This document shows, in pieces, positions 44,440-56,257 of a stretch of DNA of 64,000 bases. Every line of letters begins with the position of its first letter. Positions within the stretch are counted from its first letter, which is position 1. The stretch is from Octopus vulgaris (Eukaryota), in contig OX597831.1 in the NCBI GenBank assembly GCA_951406725.2, forward strand, positions 78,678,001 to 78,742,000, read 5' to 3'. A program made the translations under genes and the position numbers. The notes under the pieces are model-generated. The model made no database searches. It was not told the origin of the DNA and worked only from the letters and a program-made list of their open reading frames with translations.

Positions 44440-44622
44440 ATGTGTGTGTGTGTAATAACAGGTGTTGGTCCGTTTACGTTCCTGTAAATGAAGCAGTAAT
44501 AGAATAAGTACCAGGCTTTTAAAAGCATAAAAACTAGGACCCTTTCATTCTGCTAAACATTTTTCAAAGGTCATGCCACAGCATGGCCGCACTCTAATAA
44601 GTGAAACAAGATAGAAGATAAG
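44440..44622 (+). mobile_element. SINE family B 3' half
   Basis: atagaataagtaccaggc..cagcatggccgcactctaataagtgaaacaag. Confidence 0.7.
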
Positions 44623-45058
44623 GACAGTAACATCGAATCGAAATTTTTTCGAAAAGGAAAAGAATTATGTAGAAACTTCACAAAAGAACTTTCAATGATT
44701 TCTATTTAGCTTCGAGATTGCCATGGAATAATGGACAAATTTGACTTATTTGGTTTATAGATTTCTTTTACAAAACGATTTCAAAAAAAAAAAAAAAGAG
44801 AGAGAAGAGAGAAGAAGAAGGGAGAAAGAAGAAAGGATTTAAAGATCGCTTGAAAAATGAAAAGATAAAAAGAAACAACGATAAATAAATAATAGTTTTA
44901 AATCGTTTCCGCGACAATTTGTTTTCAAAACAGAACCGATTACCAGTCATTTAAGTATAGATAAAAATCGATCGTGGTTATTATTCTGGTTCCATCATTG
45001 ACATCAGGTAGATGTTTAGGAGAGAAGGAAAGAAGGGAGGTAGATTGACATTAAGAAT

Positions 45059-45138
<80 letters not shown>

Positions 45139-45209
45139 TCACACACACACACATATATATATAAATGTATATATATATATATTTATATATATATGTATAT
45201 ATATATATG

Positions 45210-45256
<47 letters not shown>

Positions 45257-45317
45257 GTATATATATATATATGTGTGTGTATATATACATATATATATAT
45301 ACATATATATATATACA

Positions 45318-45377
<60 letters not shown>

Positions 45378-45781
45378 CGATGGTGGGACACACACACATA
45401 CATACCCATATATATATGCATATATATATATACATATATATGTGTGTGTGTATGTGTGTGTGTGTGTGTGTGTATAATAATGATTCGAGTGAAAGGATCA
45501 TTTGAAATATTTATGAAAAGAGGAAATAGAATTTTCGACTATAATTTGTATTAGGCGCACCACACACGCACACACACACATACATACACATATACAATAT
45601 CTATATACATCCATGTGTGTCTGTGTGAAGGAAAGAAAGAAAGCACAGAAATTAACGTCAGACAGATAGAGATGCGAGAGTTGAAATGTGATAGACAGAG
45701 AGGTGAAGGGAAACATTGCTTGATATATAATTGTATGATGGCTGTAGGTAAATAGATAGACAGACAGAAAGACAGAGAGAC

Positions 45782-45850
<69 letters not shown>

Positions 45851-45863
45851 TATATATATATAT

Positions 45864-45935
<72 letters not shown>

Positions 45936-45977
45936 ACAGACAGAAAGACAGAGAGACAGATATATATATATATATAT

Positions 45978-46033
<56 letters not shown>

Positions 46034-46879
46034 GTAGGTAGATAGATAAATATATAGATATATAAATACATATATACACACATACATACATAGAGAGAGA
46101 GGGGGGATAATATACACAGGCAGGTATTTGAATTAAAATAGATAGTTATGTATGTAGGCAGGTTGGTGTCTAGGTCAATGGATAAACAAATGGACAGGCT
46201 GATAGAGAGGTGGACTGACAACAAGTGAAATAAACTGATAGCCAAGACAATTGAGTTAAGATTCATCAGATTACGAAACAATAACAAGAACAGAAACGTA
46301 AAGGTAACTTGGAACGAAATTCGTTACGTTTTCATTTCGTAGAAGAAAGACGAGAATGAATGGTCATCGAAAGAAACTTATTCAATGATTGAATAAACGA
46401 ACGATACACTGGATAAATGAATAAATAAATAAGTAAGTAAATGAATAAGTAAATTTATAAATAAAATGAAAATAATGTCGTTGAAATTGTTGTTTAGAAA
46501 GAACGACAATTGTTATGGAGGCCGCAAAAAATACGAAAACTAAACAATAAAAATAATGAATGATGCAAAAAATATATAAGATTTTTGTGAATATCGCTTG
46601 GGTATTATGGTGCTTTATTGTTCCATGTGTTAGTTTGGCGGGGAGAGAAAATGGAAACGGTGAAGAGGACAATTGGCCAACAAGAAATAGCAGTCAAGTG
46701 TCATTTCAGTGAAATTCTAGTTGATCTGTCTCTGTAAAAGAAAAGAAGGAGCACGACATATATACGCACTTACACACACACACACACATACACCTGCATA
46801 TGTATGTATATATATATATATATATATATATGCATGCTTGTACATATTCATGTCTCGCTATCTAGCTATCTATATCTAC

Positions 46880-46947
<68 letters not shown>

Positions 46948-47280
46948 TCGGCCCCAGGCTATAGTAGAAGCCACTAGTCCAAGGAGCCTCGTTGTGGGGC
47001 TGAACCCAGAACTATGTGGTCGGAAAGCAAGCTTCTTATCGCCCTCGTATGTATGTATTTATGTATGTATGTATGTATGAATTGATCATCGTCGTATTTC
47101 CCTTTCTAGACGGGTACTATTTATGCTTTCAATGTCCGAACAGACTTAAATATCTCTCAGTCAATTTTTGAAGTTAAAATGCCGATGAAGAGGAAGTCAT
47201 CGACTATGGCAGTTCGTCAACACATCACTTTGTCAAACATAGATACTCACGCATGCGCACTTACTGATAAACACACGCTG

Positions 47281-47325
<45 letters not shown>

Positions 47326-47854
47326 ATATTTTATTTAAGCACTCTTTTAAATATAAATAAGATCTCGTAATTGTAAGTGAAATTGATTTCACAAAATTCT
47401 ATCAGTAGCGCCACCAAGTGGACAAATGGATAAATGAGATTCTGAAGTAGTATGAAGGGGCAGGTAATTGAGATAATCTATAAAAACTAAACTGGTTAGA
47501 CAAAATAAATTTGATCTGTTGGCTATTACGGCACAATTTCCTCGTGCAGCCCTATCGAACTTTTTGAATTTCCTGCATCATTATTTCCCTCTGCCTCTGA
47601 CTCTACTTCGCTTCCTCTCTTTACGGACGGATAAGCATTATACACGAACAAATACATGCATATACACAACAACTATATGCATATGTATGCATGTATCTGT
47701 GTATATATGTATATATATGTGTATATATATATTTATATATATATATGTATGTATATATATGTGTGTATATATATATATCGTTACCTGCCTTTATTACCTA
47801 TTTACATTTTATTAAGTATTTTATATCCATGCTTGTATGTACATGCTTACGTTC

Positions 47855-47916
<62 letters not shown>

Positions 47917-48644
47917 CTATGTATATATGTATATTTATGCATATGTATATATATATTATATGTATGTGTGTGTATATATATATTATGTATGTATGAATGT
48001 ATATATATATACATATCATATGTATGTGTAATGTGTATATATGTGTGTGTATATGTGTAGGAATAGGCTTATATAAATGCATATTGATAAATATTTATAT
48101 ACATAAACATATATAGTTATATGTATGTATATATATATACATACACATATATATGTATCTGTATGTGTGTTCATGTATGTGTGTATGTTTTTGTGAGTAC
48201 TTTTGCTTGTGTGTTTGTAAATAATCGTGTGTGCGTGTGCGTGCGCGTGTGTGTGTGTATGTGTGTGTGTCTTAGCGAACCCATGTATTCCTCTGATTGT
48301 TTGTCTCTCCATTTAATTCCTGTGACTTACTCTCCTCTCCCATCAATCCTTCCTCTCTTCCTTCTTTCCTCTCCTGTTGTTTTTTTCTTTTTTACGTTTG
48401 ACTAAAAGGAAAGAGAAAAAACAAACAAAAAAGAATAACAGACAAACGATATTTCCTTTTCTCTCTCTATTTATCCTTGCCTCTCTTTCTCTTTCACTCC
48501 AGGTATGTCTTTCTGTCTGTCTGTCCTTCGAGACGTCCAAACTTAATTCTTTTGTATTATCCAACAATTTCTTTTACGTGCGCCGTTTGTTGAGTCGAGA
48601 GTCAATTTTCCGGACTCTCTTTTTCTATCTAGCTTTGCACAAAT

Positions 48645-49030
48645 TCTTTCACTTTTTCAGTCATTTGACTGTGGCCAGGCTGGAGCACCTCCTTTTAGTT
48701 GAAGAAATCAAATCCAGGATTTATGCTTTGGAAACCTGGTGTTTATACTATCGGTCTCTTTTGCCTAACTACTATGTTATGGGGACGTAAACACACCAAC
48801 ATCGGTTGTCAAGCAACGGTGATAGTTGTGGAGCGGCAAGCACACACACACACACACATAAATATATATATATATATACGACGGGCTTCTTTCAATTTCC
48901 GTCTAGCAAAATCCACTGATAAGGCTTTGGTCGGCCGGAAGCCATAGAAGATACTTGCCCAAGGTGCCATGCAGCGGGACTGAACCCGGAACTATGTGGT
49001 TGGGAAGCATGCTTCTTACCACGCATCCAC
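48645..49030 (-). mobile_element. SINE family B, near full length with internal (CA)/(TA) microsatellite
   Basis: Tail ttcagtcatttgactgtggccaggctggagcacc through head gactgaacccggaactatgtggttgggaagc. Confidence 0.85.
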
Positions 49031-49053
49031 CCCTGGGCTTTATGTTTCTGAAA

Positions 49054-49082
49054 CAACTAAAAATTAAAAAGACAGACAGCAG

Positions 49083-49162
<80 letters not shown>

Positions 49163-49191
49163 CTGCTGTCTGTCTTTTTAATTTTTAGTTG
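49054..49191. repeat. Palindrome with 33-bp arms centred on (TA)n
   Basis: caactaaaaattaaaaagacagacagcagacaa / ttgtctgctgtctgtctttttaatttttagttg. Confidence 0.9.
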
Positions 49192-49372
49192 ATCTTTGTA
49201 CATGTGATATTTTGCTGTTTTTCCCTCCATATCTACATGAATTATTTTTGAGTAAACACTATCTGGGAGATTTTTCTTATGATTGATTGATTGATTGATT
49301 GATTCTAGTTTCAGCTTATGAGCTGTGGCCATGCTGGGGCACCGCCATTTGGTGTTGCTACTTGGTTTCACT

Positions 49373-51592
49373 TCATGGGGGCTTTCTAGCAACTGCTATT
49401 TGGTGCATGAGAGAGTTCGATGCAGCTGCCCTCATCTGCCCCTCCTGCCGTGAAGTTGGTTCATCTGGGACACCTGACAGGAAGAGATCCAGCTTCATTT
49501 TAAAGACATCTGTATCCACCCCATGCAGGTCTCTCAGGTTCTTCGGGAGGATATTGAAGAGCTGTGGGCCTCGGAAGCCCAGGCTATCACAGAATTTTGT
49601 CCTACATCTTGATGGCAGGTTTGGAGTCCTAGGCACCACGCAGTGACGCCCAGTTCTGGCATTTGCGTAACTCTCGATGCCAAAGTTCAGGACACTTCCC
49701 TCCAGGATCTTCCAGATGTATATTATGGCATATCTTTCCCGCCTACGCTCCAGGGAATATAATTTTAATCTCTTGAGTCTTTCCCAGTAGCTTACATTCT
49801 GCATAGAGGCTATCTTCTTTGTGTAGCTTCGTTGGATCGCCTCAAGTTCTGTGATCAACTTGACACTGGATGGTGACCATAGCTGAGAGCAATAGTCAAA
49901 GTGGCTTAGGACAAGTGTCTTCCAGAGGACCATCATGGTTTCTTGTTCTCTTGTTCTAAAGGTTCTAAGAATCCATCCAGCCAGCCGTCTACATTTCATT
50001 GTCAGTTTAGCAACATGTATATGAAAGGTCGCGTCATCACTCATATGAATACCCAGGTCACGCACTGATTGTGCCTCTGGGACTGCAATCCCTCCGGGTC
50101 CAGTGTATTCATTGGGTATTGCATTCAGTTTTGCATGCTGATAGTATAAAGCTTGAAACTTTCCAGCATTGAACTGCATGCTATTCTTTTCAGCCCACTT
50201 GTATATTTCGTCCAGCTCACATTGCAGGTGTTTAGTGTCCTCAGGGTTCTGTATTGCCCGTGAGACTTTTGTATCATCTGCATAACTTGTGATCGTGGCT
50301 CTCTGCGTGGCTGAGGGCATGTCTGAGAGGGCCATTATGAACAGTAGTGGTCCCAGAACAGTGCCCTGCGGAACACCGCTCACTATTTGTGTGTTAATGG
50401 AGGTGGCCCCATTGGCTACTACCACCTGACTTCTATCCTTCAGAAAGTCATGAAGCCATTCTCCCAGTTTTCCAACTATGTTGAGATCACGCAGTTTGTG
50501 ACATATCATTCCATGATCGACTTTATCAAAGGCCTTTGCAAAGTCGAGATATATCACTTCCACATTTGAGTGGTTGAGCAGCCGTTTCAGCACCCAGTCA
50601 TAGTGTTGTAGGAGCTGAGTTAAACAGCTTCTCCCTGGTCGGAAACCATGTTGGGTGTCGGGCAGCAAGTAATTCTCTTCAAGGAAGGTGATCAGCTTCC
50701 TTCTGACTATTCGTTCCATGACCTTGCTGATGTGTGAGGTCAGAGAGATAGGTCTATAGTTCTTGGCTTCCGCTCTGCTACCTCCTTTATGAATGGGGCA
50801 TATTTTACCTTCCTTCAGTTTTCTTGGAAGTTTGCCAGCTGCAAGGAAGCTCTGAAAGAGGAACTGCAGTGGTCTTGCTAGGACTCTCTTACATGCTTTT
50901 AGGAGGATTGCCGGGAATCCATCGGGGCCAGTAGCTGAGTCTGTTTTCATTTCATCTATAGCCTTGGTTACATCGTCTTCCTTTATATCGATGTAATCTA
51001 TCGTCGCCGCCTCTGATTTTATATCTGCAGTGGTAAAAAAGTCAGTTGGATTGGTGATTTGGAGATGCCCAAGGGGTGGAGTGAAAACACTCTTGAATTG
51101 CTCATTCAGTATTTCACTTACCCTCATTGGTTTTCCTGTAAGTGTGCCATCCTTTTCAAGGAGTGGCCCTATTCTACAGTGCACTGTAGCTGTTTCTTTG
51201 GCATACCTGTAGAAAGCTCTGGGGTTAGATTTTATGTTTTCTATAGCCCAGGCTTCTTTGTCTGCTCTTTCTTTTTCATGGGAGAGTTGCAGACATTTTT
51301 CGATTTCCAACAGTTTTATTTTTAGGCGGGACTTTTCACTGCTTTCAATCTGTTTGTTTAGGCGATTTGAAAATTTCGTACGCCGTCTCATTAAAATTTT
51401 CCTCTCTCTGGGGATTTTGTTCTTGTGTACAGTGGCCTTTCTCTCTGGGACACATTTGTAGCATATGGCTTGCATTACAGACATGAATTGTTGAAGTTTC
51501 ACGTCGATGTCTGGCGAGGAGAGACATTCAGGCCAGTTTTGTTTGAGGATCTCTTTCTCAATTTGTTTCCAGTTTGCCTTATGGTAGTTCAA
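49373..51592 (-). CDS. LINE ORF2 reverse transcriptase region
   Basis: ATGPDG, NYRPISLTS, QHGFRPGRSC, YLDFAKAFDKVDH, GVPQGTVLGP, YADDTK, RDLG, LYSLERRR; 739 aa without stops. Confidence 0.92.
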   Translation of the reverse strand: MNYHKANWKQIEKEILKQNWPECLSSPDIDVKLQQFMSVMQAICYKCVPERKATVHKNKIPRERKILMRRRTKFSNRLNKQIESSEKSRLKIKLLEIEKCLQLSHEKERADKEAWAIENIKSNPRAFYRYAKETATVHCRIGPLLEKDGTLTGKPMRVSEILNEQFKSVFTPPLGHLQITNPTDFFTTADIKSEAATIDYIDIKEDDVTKAIDEMKTDSATGPDGFPAILLKACKRVLARPLQFLFQSFLAAGKLPRKLKEGKICPIHKGGSRAEAKNYRPISLTSHISKVMERIVRRKLITFLEENYLLPDTQHGFRPGRSCLTQLLQHYDWVLKRLLNHSNVEVIYLDFAKAFDKVDHGMICHKLRDLNIVGKLGEWLHDFLKDRSQVVVANGATSINTQIVSGVPQGTVLGPLLFIMALSDMPSATQRATITSYADDTKVSRAIQNPEDTKHLQCELDEIYKWAEKNSMQFNAGKFQALYYQHAKLNAIPNEYTGPGGIAVPEAQSVRDLGIHMSDDATFHIHVAKLTMKCRRLAGWILRTFRTREQETMMVLWKTLVLSHFDYCSQLWSPSSVKLITELEAIQRSYTKKIASMQNVSYWERLKRLKLYSLERRRERYAIIYIWKILEGSVLNFGIESYANARTGRHCVVPRTPNLPSRCRTKFCDSLGFRGPQLFNILPKNLRDLHGVDTDVFKMKLDLFLSGVPDEPTSRQEGQMRAAASNSLMHQIAVARKPP

Positions 51593-52400
51593 GCTGGAAA
51601 GATTTTGAGGTTTCTTGTAGGCTGCATGTCCGTGCTCTCTTTTGGCCCGTACATGGTCAGCTCTATCATGTTGTGATCCGAGAGTAGTGTCGGTGTCACT
51701 TTCACATTATGGATGAGATCCATGTCATTTGTGAAGCAGAGATCCAGTGTGTTACCTGCCCTGGTTGGTTGGAGTATTACCTGCTCCATGTACAGGGTGT
51801 TGATGAGGTTCAGGAGGGACCTCGCCTGTCCTCGTTCACATCTTGTCATTCCTGGGAGAGAAAGGCCCTCGGGCCATCTGACATTGGGCAGATTGAAGTC
51901 TCCCATAAGAAGCACACCTATGTGTTGTTCTAATGTGGTTAGAATTTCTTCTATTTTTATAAGGCAGTCTTCGAACTTGCCCACATGGCTTGGGGCATCT
52001 GGAGGGCGATATGTAGCACACACAACTACATCAAGTTGCCTAATATGTACAATTAGTGTGTCACACACCGAGTTTGAGTATGACAAGAGGACCTGGGGTG
52101 TGAGGTCCTCACGGATGTACATAGCAACACCTCCATGACTCCTTTCTTTCCTGTCGGTCCGTAGTACAGCATACTGTGGTATGTGTAACTCCGCATCTGC
52201 TATGTCCGGTTTCAGGTGCGTTTCTGTAAGTGCTATGCATAAGGCTTGATTGCATGCAACAAAGTCTCTCAGGAACGGGATCTTTGTCCTGTTACTGAGT
52301 GTTTGCAGTCCTCTGATGTTCAGTAGGAGTATCGAGGTGAGGTGTACGTTGTTGCCGGCGGTGTCCATCCTGTGTCTGTTTGCTGTGGTGGTCTGGTATA
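51589..52400 (-). CDS. LINE ORF2 apurinic-like endonuclease region (joined to RT by a 1-nt frameshift; true start uncertain)
   Basis: LNIRGL, ALTETHL, GGVAMY, YRPP, GDFN, LDLCFT, SDHN motifs. Confidence 0.9.
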
Positions 52401-52444
52401 TAGTGGGTAGTCCCACCTGCGGGCTTGGGTTTGATGAAGCCAGG

Positions 52445-52935
52445 TCAGCTGCTGTACAATCTTTTGTGCCATGCACAAAAAGATTGTTGCTCAGCAGCTG
52501 CTCTTTCGACAACATCATGTTGGCTGTTTGTGGCGCGCACAACATCTGCGTACCTCCGCTTTGGGGCAGGTGGTGCGTAGTCCATCCCTTTTCTTTGTGT
52601 TGATGGTTTGTCCATCTGCCTCGTGTCTCTGTGGCAGGGTCCCCGATGTGCAAAGCGGCAGCCTGCACCTTCCTTTCCGTGTCAGCAGGAACCTCTCAGG
52701 TAGAACATACACACCCGTGTGCGCTGTTTGGTTCCATCCTTTGCGGTTCCACTTCTACTCCTGTTTGTTTCACTCTTTGGTCCTGCTTGAGCTTTTTCTT
52801 TTCCTTTAGCTCTTCCAGTCCTTCTTTTAGTTCTTCTTCCTCCCTCTACCTCTTCACCGGGTTCTCCGTCTCCATGGCCCTTGCTGCCGGTTGGAGAACT
52901 TGCACCTGGGTTCACTTCCCGGGCAGGTTTCTCAG
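52445..52935 (-). pseudogene. C-terminal part of LINE ORF1 with CCCH zinc finger
   Basis: Reading through TGA at 52682 gives CMFYLRGSC*HGKEGAGCRFAH (C-x7-C-x8-C-x3-H). Confidence 0.6.
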
Positions 52936-53131
52936 TAGTAGTAGAAATGGCTAAAAAAACTTTTTGGCTGCTATTTCTAAAAGTTTCAGTATGTGGTAAA
53001 GTAAATTATTTTACTGAGCCCTAATTATATAAACGTAATATTTTGAATATACCTTGAATGGTCCTTTTACATACTGAACACTACTTGGTGAAATTAATTA
53101 ATAATTAATTGATTTTACCCTTTTATTATTG

Positions 53132-53165
<34 letters not shown>

Positions 53166-53212
53166 AGATAGATAGATAGATACATACATACATACATACA
53201 TACATACATACA

Positions 53213-53245
<33 letters not shown>

Positions 53246-53389
53246 GCATACATAGACATGTATTCGGTTTTAAGTATTTCGGTATTTAAGTATATTTAAG
53301 TGCCAAACTATGGAAATTTCTGCCCTTCAGAAATGTATATATATATATATATATGCATGTATGTGTGTATGTGTGTGTATATATGTTTG

Positions 53390-53590
53390 TATGTCTGTGT
53401 TTGTCCCTACCCCAACTTCGCTTGATAACCGATGCTGGTGTGTTTACGTTTCCGTAACTTAGCGGTTCGGCAAAATAGATCGATAGTATAAGTACTAAGC
53501 TTACAAAGAATAAGTCCTGGGGTCGAGTTGCTCGATGAAAGGTAGTGCTTCAACATGGCCGCAGTCAAATGACTGAAACAAGTAAAAGAC
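53390..53590 (+). mobile_element. SINE family B 3' half
   Basis: gtaacttagcggttcggcaaaa..catggccgcagtcaaatgactgaaacaagtaaaag. Confidence 0.85.
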
Positions 53591-54144
53591 AAAAATTGTC
53601 AAATTTCGAGTTGTAGGTTTTGTTTGCTTCACCATACCTACACACACACACACGGACGGACGGACGGACGGACGGAGTGGAGGGAAGGAAGACGGATGGA
53701 AGGGCAGATATACAGAGACAGACAGAGAGACAAACATATAGACGGATAAAGTGAGCGATAGAAAGATAGATGGATAAAAGAAAAACGATTTATTAAAATA
53801 TTCAAACCTGTTCTAAACAGAAATGGTAATAATAATATAACAACCATTTAATGATGTGAATTTATAAAATATCTTTAAGCCATGAATGTAAACAAATAAC
53901 AGAATATCGGTACTCCTGGAAAATAGTACCGTTTAAGTTGCATGCGGATTGGTCAAAAATGTATTCCATAAATTCAGTTTCTTGTAGCGTTCTAAGAGGT
54001 ACTACAGTTGTCAATAACTCAACTGTCATTTAATTATTTGAAATTTGACGATTACTACCAAACGTATGAAAGCGCTAATTGAACTTTATGAACATTGCAA
54101 CATATTTTGTAAAATGTTAAAATGGCATAATAAAAACGTGAAAA

Positions 54145-54241
<97 letters not shown>

Positions 54242-54244
54242 TAC

Positions 54245-54355
54245 AACAATTGCAGCGTGGAAGGTGATTATTAGCCATTTAAGAAACACACGTGAATCTA
54301 ACGGTTTTGAGTCTTTCTTAAATGGCTTATAAACACCTTCCACGCTGCAATTGTT
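54245..54355. repeat. Hairpin with ~42-bp arms (MITE-like) next to (TA)n
   Basis: aacaattgcagcgtggaaggtg..agccatttaagaaa / tttcttaaatggct..caccttccacgctgcaattgtt. Confidence 0.85.
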
Positions 54356-54410
54356 TTCGGTCCAGCACGCGATCTCAGATCAAGTCACTCGCTATGCAAG
54401 TACATCTCCG

Positions 54411-54444
<34 letters not shown>

Positions 54445-54735
54445 TCAAAAGATCTTTGTACTTGTGATATTTTACTGTTTTACCTCCATATCTTCGTGAG
54501 TTATTTTTGAGTAAACATTATCTGGGAGAATTTTTCTTAAAGTAGTGGAAATGGCTAAATAACTTTTTCGCTGCTATTTCTAGAAAGTTCAGTACGTGAC
54601 AAAGTAATTTATTTTACTAAGCCCTAATTATATAATGTAATATTTTGAATACGCCTTAAATGGTCCTTTTACATACTGAACACTACTTGGTGAAATTGAT
54701 TAATAACTAATTAATTTTACCCTCAATTATTGATA
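54445..54735. repeat. Uninterrupted copy of the ~290-bp (TA)n-embedded family
   Basis: Aligns with 49191-49280 joined to 52936-53132. Confidence 0.85.
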
Positions 54736-54756
54736 TATATATATATATAAAGATAT

Positions 54757-54818
<62 letters not shown>

Positions 54819-54987
54819 CATTAGGTAGACATATAGATGCATTTATATATATATATATATATATAGGTATGTATGTATGTAGACATACATATATGTCCAT
54901 ATATATGTATGTAGACAGATGTATATATGAATACGCATGGAGTATTCTCTTCGCGTCTCGGTCTGTCTATCCGCCTACTTATCCATA

Positions 54988-55034
<47 letters not shown>

Positions 55035-55891
55035 ATATATATATATATGTGCGTGTGTATGTATGCATGTGTGTGTGTATGCATGTGTGTGTCTTTCCGT
55101 ATGTCGTGTGTTTTCGTTTGTGTTTTCTAAGTAGGGACGGGGCAATGTCATGCTTACACTTTAATCATAAGCAAGTGAAGTCAAATGATACAGCCTCTTA
55201 ACACGGCACACACTTGAAACAATAGACGTAAAGCATATTTCCGGCCAAGAAATAAAAGAAATACAACAACCTAGTTTGTTAAACCTCATCTATTTATCCT
55301 TGTTCTGTAATTAGCGCAAAACTTTTAAGACTATATACAAAAATGGTAAATTCGAAAAGGCAGCCTCTTGTAGAATTTCCGTTACCGTTAACCCATTATA
55401 TCTTAAATTCCTCATTTTACTGTGTCTCAGGCAAATCGTTTGACTTCGTAGACGTTCTCATGATTATCCGCCATATTTCCAACACAAACTTTAGCCACCA
55501 TTTTGAATTCAGTTTTTCTAAAACTCTTTGATCTGCTTATAAAATAAAGATAAAGAAAGTAGCAGCGCGGCACCCATGGCTTCCGGTAACATTTTCCCAT
55601 GTATTGTTGTAGCATTGAATATTCTTCTTGAGTGGATTGTTAGCTGTCTGGAATGAAGCTGTATACCTTAATTTTGCCTCGACTTTATACGAAGACCGAG
55701 AACAGATGTTGGGGAATAGATATTGTTTTAACGAGATGCCTCTTGAAATCGCCTGAGAAGAAACCAGATGGATACACCTAAACCAGTTGTTCAGAAACCC
55801 ACCGGCGAAGGATCAGCGCTAGATAGGTGGAAACGATTGCAGTGGTCAGTAAAGATCAAGGTGTCTTCTATATTTCGTCTGTCTCATTAAT

Positions 55892-55957
<66 letters not shown>

Positions 55958-56035
55958 CAGAGAGAGTGTGGGAGAGAGAGAGCAGACAGACAGGCAGGCA
56001 TACAGACAGACAGACAGACAGATAGATAGATTGAT

Positions 56036-56070
<35 letters not shown>

Positions 56071-56175
56071 AAGATAGAAAGACAGACAGATAGATAGATA
56101 TACAGACAGACAGACAAATAGAGAGATACATATGCAGATAGTTAGACAGACTGACAGACAGACAGACAGACAGAC

Positions 56176-56257
<82 letters not shown>

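Larger units (their letters stand above)
49281..52935 (-). mobile_element. CR1-group APE/RT LINE, 5'-truncated within ORF1, (AATC)n tail
   Basis: APE and RT ORFs, short 3' UTR, tetranucleotide tail at 49281-49304; interrupts a copy of the 54445-54735 family. Confidence 0.92.
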
